NCBI RefSeq assembly: GCF_009914755.1
Contig: NC_060935.1
Source: the human T2T-CHM13v2.0 reference genome, Homo sapiens
Strand: one strand, 5' to 3'
Length of the DNA stretch: 64,000 bases
Part shown: positions 58,066-64,000 of the stretch, one piece after another
Layout: every line of letters starts with the position of its first letter
How positions within the stretch are numbered: position 1 is the stretch's first letter
Made by a program: the position numbers and the translations under genes
The notes under the pieces: model-generated
Databases searched by the model: none
Told to the model about the DNA's origin: nothing
Seen by the model: the letters and a program-made list of their open reading frames with translations, nothing else

Positions 58066-59809
58066 CCATGACCATGATTTTTATGGACTACTAAATGCAC
58101 AGAGGGGCACCATTGGCCTGGAAATGTTTTTAAAAGTTAAAACAGATGCCATAGCCTGCTCCACTGAAGCGCCAGCAGCCTGCGTGGTTGGAGACCCTGA
58201 CTGTTGTGGCTGCAGAGACCTTGTCTGGGGTAAGGAAGGCACCTCACATCCTGCCGTGGAGGGTGGGAGTGGGAGGGGGGTGGTCCCAGGCCCGACCTGA
58301 GGGGAAAGTTTTCCCCAGCAGTGGGGAGAGTGACTGACCTCCTGGCCACAACACAAGGCCCCAGTGTGCCCAGCTCCTCTGGGGGAGGGATGAGTCAGAA
58401 GGTCCCGGTTCCCTGTCTCAGGCCAGTCCTGGTACAGCCTGGCCTGCGGTAGGCGGGACTCTACAGCCCCGACACTGGGCGGAAAAGCCCCGGTTTCCTG
58501 TCCCCCGCCCCACCGAGAAGCCACAGCCAGAGTTGGAATAGTACCGAGGCCCCACCCCCTGGACACCGGGGCTCCGGCCCATCCTCCCAGCTTCAAGGAT
58601 GGGAAACATCAACAGGAGCTGGAACTCAGGCAGCTGCTGCCGGCCAGGCTGGGAGAGGGGCCCGCCTGTCTCTGGATCCAGGAGTCTCCAGCCTGGGCCA
58701 CCTGCACATTAAGCCTGGCTGGCCCCGTGGGGACGAGGACTGGGGGTGGAGAATGAATAGGACCCAGAGCCTTGAGACTGTCACATGGGATGGAGGAGGC
58801 TGCCGACGTGGATACTCAGAGATGATCACAGACCTGGCTTCTGTCAGGGGATGCATCCCACAGGCCAGGGGCTACTGCCACCTTTCACAGACGAGGAGCA
58901 GCGAGGCTCAGCAAGTGTGGGAACTTGTTCAAGCACGCACAGCTAGTCTGTGGTGGCGCTAGGATTCAGACTCGGCTCTAAAGAATCCCAAGCCCTGGCC
59001 CTAATCACAGAGCTAAAACCCCCAGGCCACACCCAAGAGCATCACCCAGCTAGAGGGAGGGAGAGGGAGCACCGGGGCCAAGGTTGCCACCAGGGTCCCA
59101 GGACACATTGGTGCCGATCTCGATCACAGCATTCACCCCCGACCCAGATACTGGTGCATCTGATACCTACTGGCCATCCCCCAGGGTCAGGTCCCTGGGG
59201 CATCCACTGGTGGGGCTTGAGGGCTGCCAATGCTGCCCTTCCTGGTTGGTTCCCCTGGCATACCAATAGGTGTGTGCCATCTCACCGCTTCCCAGAGGGT
59301 TTTCCCTCCCCAGCTGAACGACAAGAATGAAAATGATCCCAAGTGGGTGTGGACATGGGACTGCTGCACCTGATGGGCAGAAGTCCAAACACACTGTGCT
59401 CCCCACACAGTGACTCTGGGTCTGGGCTAGCCAAGCAGTGAGAACTTTGAGTGGTTTTATGACCAGGGAGCCCAGGAATGCCCAAATCCTATGCCACCAA
59501 AAAGACACCAAAGAATGTCTTTATTACCATCTGGCCTGAAACAGTCTGGAATGGGGCATCGGGTTTGGGCTCTCTGCCCAGTTGAGGCTTCCCTGCTCTA
59601 AGCCCAAAGCTTATCACCAGCCCACAGCTGGTCCCAAGGATGCCCCTGGGCCAGGATGCCAGTGAGGCTCACCCTGTCACCCCTCTTCTGCTGGGTGAAG
59701 AGCATTAGGAGGGGCCACAGCTCCATCCACTGGGCATATGGCCAACCAGATGAGTGTCTCTGCCTGCCATCAACAGGGACCTCCATTGTAGAACACAATG
59801 GCGGCTGCT

Positions 59810-59990
59810 CATATACAGTGGCGGCCTAGCACCATGGTATGACCCTTTCACGCCTCACCTCATTGAATCCTCTCCACATGCCTAGGGGTAAGAACTACAG
59901 CTGAATCAATTTCACAGGTGAGGGACTGAGGCTCAGAGAAGTTAAGAGATTTGTTCATGCAACTCAGAAGTGGCAGGAAGAGAACGAACG
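59810..59990 (-). mobile_element. MIR
   Basis: ttcacaggtgagggactgaggctcagagaagttaag. Confidence 0.65.
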
Positions 59991-60639
59991 GATTTCAGGC
60001 TGTGGGGGTTGTATGTGAGGTTCATATGCGAGTGAGGTCCTCACCTCTCCAAAGCTTTCCCTACAGGCTTCCCTTCCATCCCCACTCTGACCTCCTAAAA
60101 TGTCCAAATTACTCCATTCAGCTTTGTTGACCCTTTTTGTGTGTCTTAAATGGCTAGGAGCAGCATAACAGCATAAACAGAGGGTGAAACCCAGACCTTG
60201 AGTCCTGGGCAGCCTTAACACTTTCTGATTCTCAGGTACTCAGGTGAAGGGAGGTCACACTCCTCTCCCAGGGCAGGAGAGGGGCTTAAATGGCATCTGG
60301 CATATAAAGCTGTTAGCATAGTGACTGGCACACAGTAATCTCTCAATCAGTGGTACCTTCAGAATGTCTGCAGCAGGCTCGTCTGTCTGTTTCACCTGCC
60401 CTGCAGAATCCTTGAAGGACAGCACCAGCCCCCCTCCATCTCCTCCCCTAGCTCTATCCTATCCCTCCTCCCCAAGTGCCCAGCTTGGGGCCCCCCACAC
60501 ACTGCAGGGACTCAGTGAGTCCTAAACAACTCACTGACACTGGCAGAAACTTGGGAGAAAAGAAGCCACGCCTTCTTCCCCATCCCTGAGAAGGAGACAG
60601 CATTCCTGACAATTCCCAGCCCACCGCCTTCCAGCTCTA

Positions 60640-61165
60640 ATCAAGGAGCAAACACAAAGAGGGAATCTCTAAACATTTAGAAAACGCGGGAACCCTGTGC
60701 CCCCATGTGGCACCGTGGGGATTTATAAAGAACAAATCATGCCTGACAAACTTGATAGCTTTCTTGATAGAATTACAAGACGGGTAGATGAAGGAAACGC
60801 AGGCAGGGTAATATATCTTGATTTTTAGCAAAGCATTTGATACAGCGCCTCGAGTAATCTTACAAAATTAATTCAAACAGACTTGGCCCTAAGCACTTGT
60901 CATGGGGCATAATAGCAGGAGGGGGCAGGTCCCAAGGGCCCCGGGTGGAGAAGGCAAGCCCAGAGGAAGGGGCTGGAGGGCCGCAAGTCTGGGAGTGGGG
61001 GCAGGGCTGCCAAGCCTCAGCATTGGGTCAGATCTTATCTAACATCTTCATTAATGATCCTGAGAGAGGGAGTAAACAGTCCGTTAATGAAATTTGCAGA
61101 GGATATTAAATTGGAAGGTGTTGTGAACACCAATGAGGACAGCAAAACAGTCCAGAGAGACCTGC
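60640..61165 (+). mobile_element. Ancient CR1/L3 LINE reverse-transcriptase fragment in the CHST1 intron
   Basis: Translates with frameshifts to GFIKNKSCLTNLIAF / DRITRRVDEGNAGRVIYLDF / SKAFDT ... QASALGQILSNIFIND / GVNSPLMKFAEDIKLEGVVNTNED..VQRDL, the CR1 RT motifs. Confidence 0.88.
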
Positions 61166-62334
61166 CGGGGGTAGAACCTTGGCAGGAACCGGAGAGCTGG
61201 CAAGGGGTGTCCATGGGGGTGCCGGCAGCAGCTGGGGCTGCTTGGAGAGCCAGCAAGAAGGGAAGGGCATCCCCAGGGCTGGTGTGTAGCTGAGAGAGGC
61301 TACAACTAGCTTGGGCTCTGGCCATACAAGCAAACCCCAGAAATCTGTTTTCCCATCTGTGAAAGAGAAGGGTCGGCAGCTAAAGAGCAGGCTTTGCAGC
61401 TCTGACAGCTGGTTGTGATGGGCATGGGATGTCTTTAAGGAGCCTGGAGCTGAAGCCCATCTTCCAGGAGGGGAGGAGGGAGCCCTGCCAAGGAGCAGGG
61501 AACCTGAGGGCCATGGAGGGGAGGGCTGCAGTGAGAGAGAAGGGCCGGTAAGGGAGACCGGGTAAGGCATCAGTGGCACTCAGAATCTCCCCTAGCTGCA
61601 CTCCTCAATGCTGCTGAGGCAGGCACTGGGGCGGGGAGCCCCTCACCCTGCCCCAGCAGGCAGGACAATAACAGATCAGCAGCTGCTCAGGCTGGAGCCC
61701 CAAGCCTGTCCAGACTCTCAGGGCATGCTGGGAACAATTGAGCACTAGAGGTTCTAACTTGGGGTTAGGAGAGTGTGCAGGATCTGTTACCTTTCTGAAG
61801 AGCTCCCTGTCCCTCTCTGGCTGATCAAGAGGAAGACAGATGCTTCTCCAGCCAGATGAACCAGCCTCTCTAGGATCAGGGACAGTGGCCTGCCCCACCC
61901 CAACCCCTTTACTCTGTCACAGAGGGCCACCATCTCTGCCTGGACCTCTTCTGCTCCTCTCCATCTGCCTCAACCCCTAGGGGCTCCAGGGCTGACCCCT
62001 CCCTTTAGCGGGAAGGCTGAGGCAGGAAGCTGCCTGTCCATCTGGATTTACTCCCACAAGGCTCCTAGACAGGTAGGGTCTGAACAAAACCCAGGGCTGC
62101 CTAGCACTGTGCCAGGCCCTCAGGAACCTGAAACAAATGCTCCGTAGAAAAAAATGGCTGGCTGCTTCCCAGCGGGGGGTGTGCCGGGGCCGCTGGGGAG
62201 AGGCTGTTTCAAAGCAGGAGGCCAGCCCAGCAAGATGTCAGGACCACCTGCTGGGACCTAGGGTAAGGATCTAGGTGAGCATGCTTGGGGAGTTTCTTCC
62301 AATGTCCTGACTTAATTCCTAGGAATGATGCTTT

Positions 62335-62470
62335 GGAACACTTACTATGGCACCATTCTAAGTGTGTCTCATATATTACTGCATTTGACCTTCACAACAA
62401 TGCTATCAGGTCGGTGTTATTTTCTCCATTTACAGAGGGGAAAACTGAGGCAGGGAGAGGTAGCCATGAG
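62335..62470 (-). mobile_element. MIR
   Basis: cacttactatggcaccattctaagtg...ccatttacagagggg aaaactgaggc. Confidence 0.65.
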
Positions 62471-62734
62471 CCCGGGCACCTAGCCAGAAGGTCCGTGGGA
62501 GAAGCAGCAGCCTGCCAAGAGTCACAGCAGCAGCTGAGCGGCATCCAATGGCAGGACCCCAGTGGGTGGGGAGAGACAGCCCCTCCGACAGGGAGGCCAG
62601 AGCCTTGCCCACCCCTCACAGTCCCCACCGAAGGGAGTTGGTCTAAGTCCCGCCACACTTGTGGAGCCTGGTTTTACTATATGTTTCCCTTCTCCCCCAC
62701 CACAGCCGCTACACTGAGTCCTCTGAACAAGTCT

Positions 62735-62762
62735 GTTTCCATGGAAACCATACAGTGACTCA
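62735..62762. promoter_or_regulatory. RFX X-box palindrome plus adjacent AP-1 site
   Basis: GTTTCCATGGAAAC (62735-62748) and TGACTCA (62756-62762). Confidence 0.55.
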
Positions 62763-64000
62763 GGGCTTCGGGACCTTCTCTGAACCAGATTATGAATATC
62801 AAATGCTCCCTCCCCGCACCAATGCAGAGTGGAGTTGGGAAAGTAAAGAGAGATCCACAGCGGGCAAGGGAGGGAGACAGAGGGGTAGGCAAGGGGAATC
62901 TAGTAGGGCATGAACCTGGCCCCCAGGGAGGACCTGGCACTTGAGCCCCTCCTGCAGACTCAGTGGAACACAGAGGTACTCCTCCTCCGATGCGGCCTGA
63001 CACACACCCCTCTATCAGTGTCGTCAGCACCACCCTTGCCCAGGAGCTAGGGCCCTGTCGGCAAGGGTTGGGGGGAGAGTGATCAGGGGGATACATCCCT
63101 CTCCCAGCAGGGGCCTGTGACTCACAGAGATGGCTCAGGGGCCAGGACAGAGGGAAGCTTGACTTTGGATGTTGGGGAGGAAACCCCTGGCCAAAAGCAT
63201 TGCAACTACTCAGCAAAGAGGGAGATTTGGATTTTAGGGAAAATGCGTTTCTGCTTTGAGATGGGGAAGCCGGGTGTTGAGTGAAGGGGGCTGGGGGTGG
63301 CACCTGGCCATGATTTTGAAGACCCAGCAGAGTTTGGGGGATGATTAGCAGAGACTTGCTCTCCCTGGTGCCCCTCCCCTCCCCACCCCATCACTGTGAA
63401 GCATCCTGGCCTAGGGCTGCTCACCGCCAGGATGAGGGACTGGCAACAGGAAAATCAAAGGTGCCATGCCAGGCTCCTGGCCTCCTGCAGGGGTTCAAGG
63501 CTCAAGGGCAAATCCACCCATTCCTTTCCCCAGCAGCTCCCTAAAGACCCGGTAGGGAGGGGAATTGAATAGGTTGGAAGCCTGATACCTCCCTGGTGAA
63601 TGTGATGTGTGAGTCATGACGATGAAAGCACTTTGAAAAAGAAACAGGGTCATCATGATGCCTGGAAGTGTCCCCACTGCTGAGGACAGGAGCCTGGGAA
63701 CTGCCTGCCCAGGTAAGGTCTCTGCCTGAGACAGCAGGCCCCACTGCAAGGGGCTGAGGAACCTCTGGAGGTAGACACCTGGCCCACTCGTTCCCACCTG
63801 CTTGCCTCTGACGTCCCTGTGCTGGTCAAAGCAGCTTCCTCCCAGCCAGGGTGCCTGACTCCTGCGCCCAAGCCTGCCCCCAGCTCCTCCCACCCCTCCA
63901 GAAGTTGCTGGACTGAATTTCTGTCCTTGACTGGACAGCCACCTCCCCTGCCCCAGCCTCCAGCTCCCTGTCAATGGCCGGCCCAAGCCCGTCTTCGGGC

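Noticed and set aside
63900-64000. CHST1 promoter / first exon
   Set aside because: CpG density only begins to rise at the window edge; no first exon can be delimited inside the window.

Overview
Human (or great-ape) genomic DNA. The right part holds the 3' portion of CHST1 (keratan sulfate Gal-6 sulfotransferase, minus strand, 11p11.2 in human). It comprises a single-exon 411-aa CDS at 49396-50631, two predicted 5'-UTR exons (51701-51798, 52229-52314), a 3' UTR ending near 48585, and ~12 kb of a large upstream intron; the first exon and promoter lie beyond the window end. The left ~48 kb is intergenic and dense in transposable elements: a full-length but dead L1PA6-like LINE with TSDs nested in an older L1M, a complete THE1D provirus inside an AluJ, a MER52 LTR, LTR16/33/41, MLT1, Tigger2a, a Charlie transposase remnant, Alus, MIR, L2 and CR1. 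Almost all ORF-track entries other than CHST1 are chance or repeat-derived. I see no new multi-gene system. The best leads are: (1) a very legible ancient CR1 reverse-transcriptase relic in the CHST1 intron (candidate exapted element); (2) an open, extended L1 ORF0 in an otherwise dead L1; (3) an overlapping uORF and a dense 3'-end regulatory module in CHST1; (4) strong RFX, CTCF, DUX4 and K50-homeodomain motifs. Repeat subfamily calls and boundaries come from recalled consensus sequences and are approximate unless a TSD is quoted.
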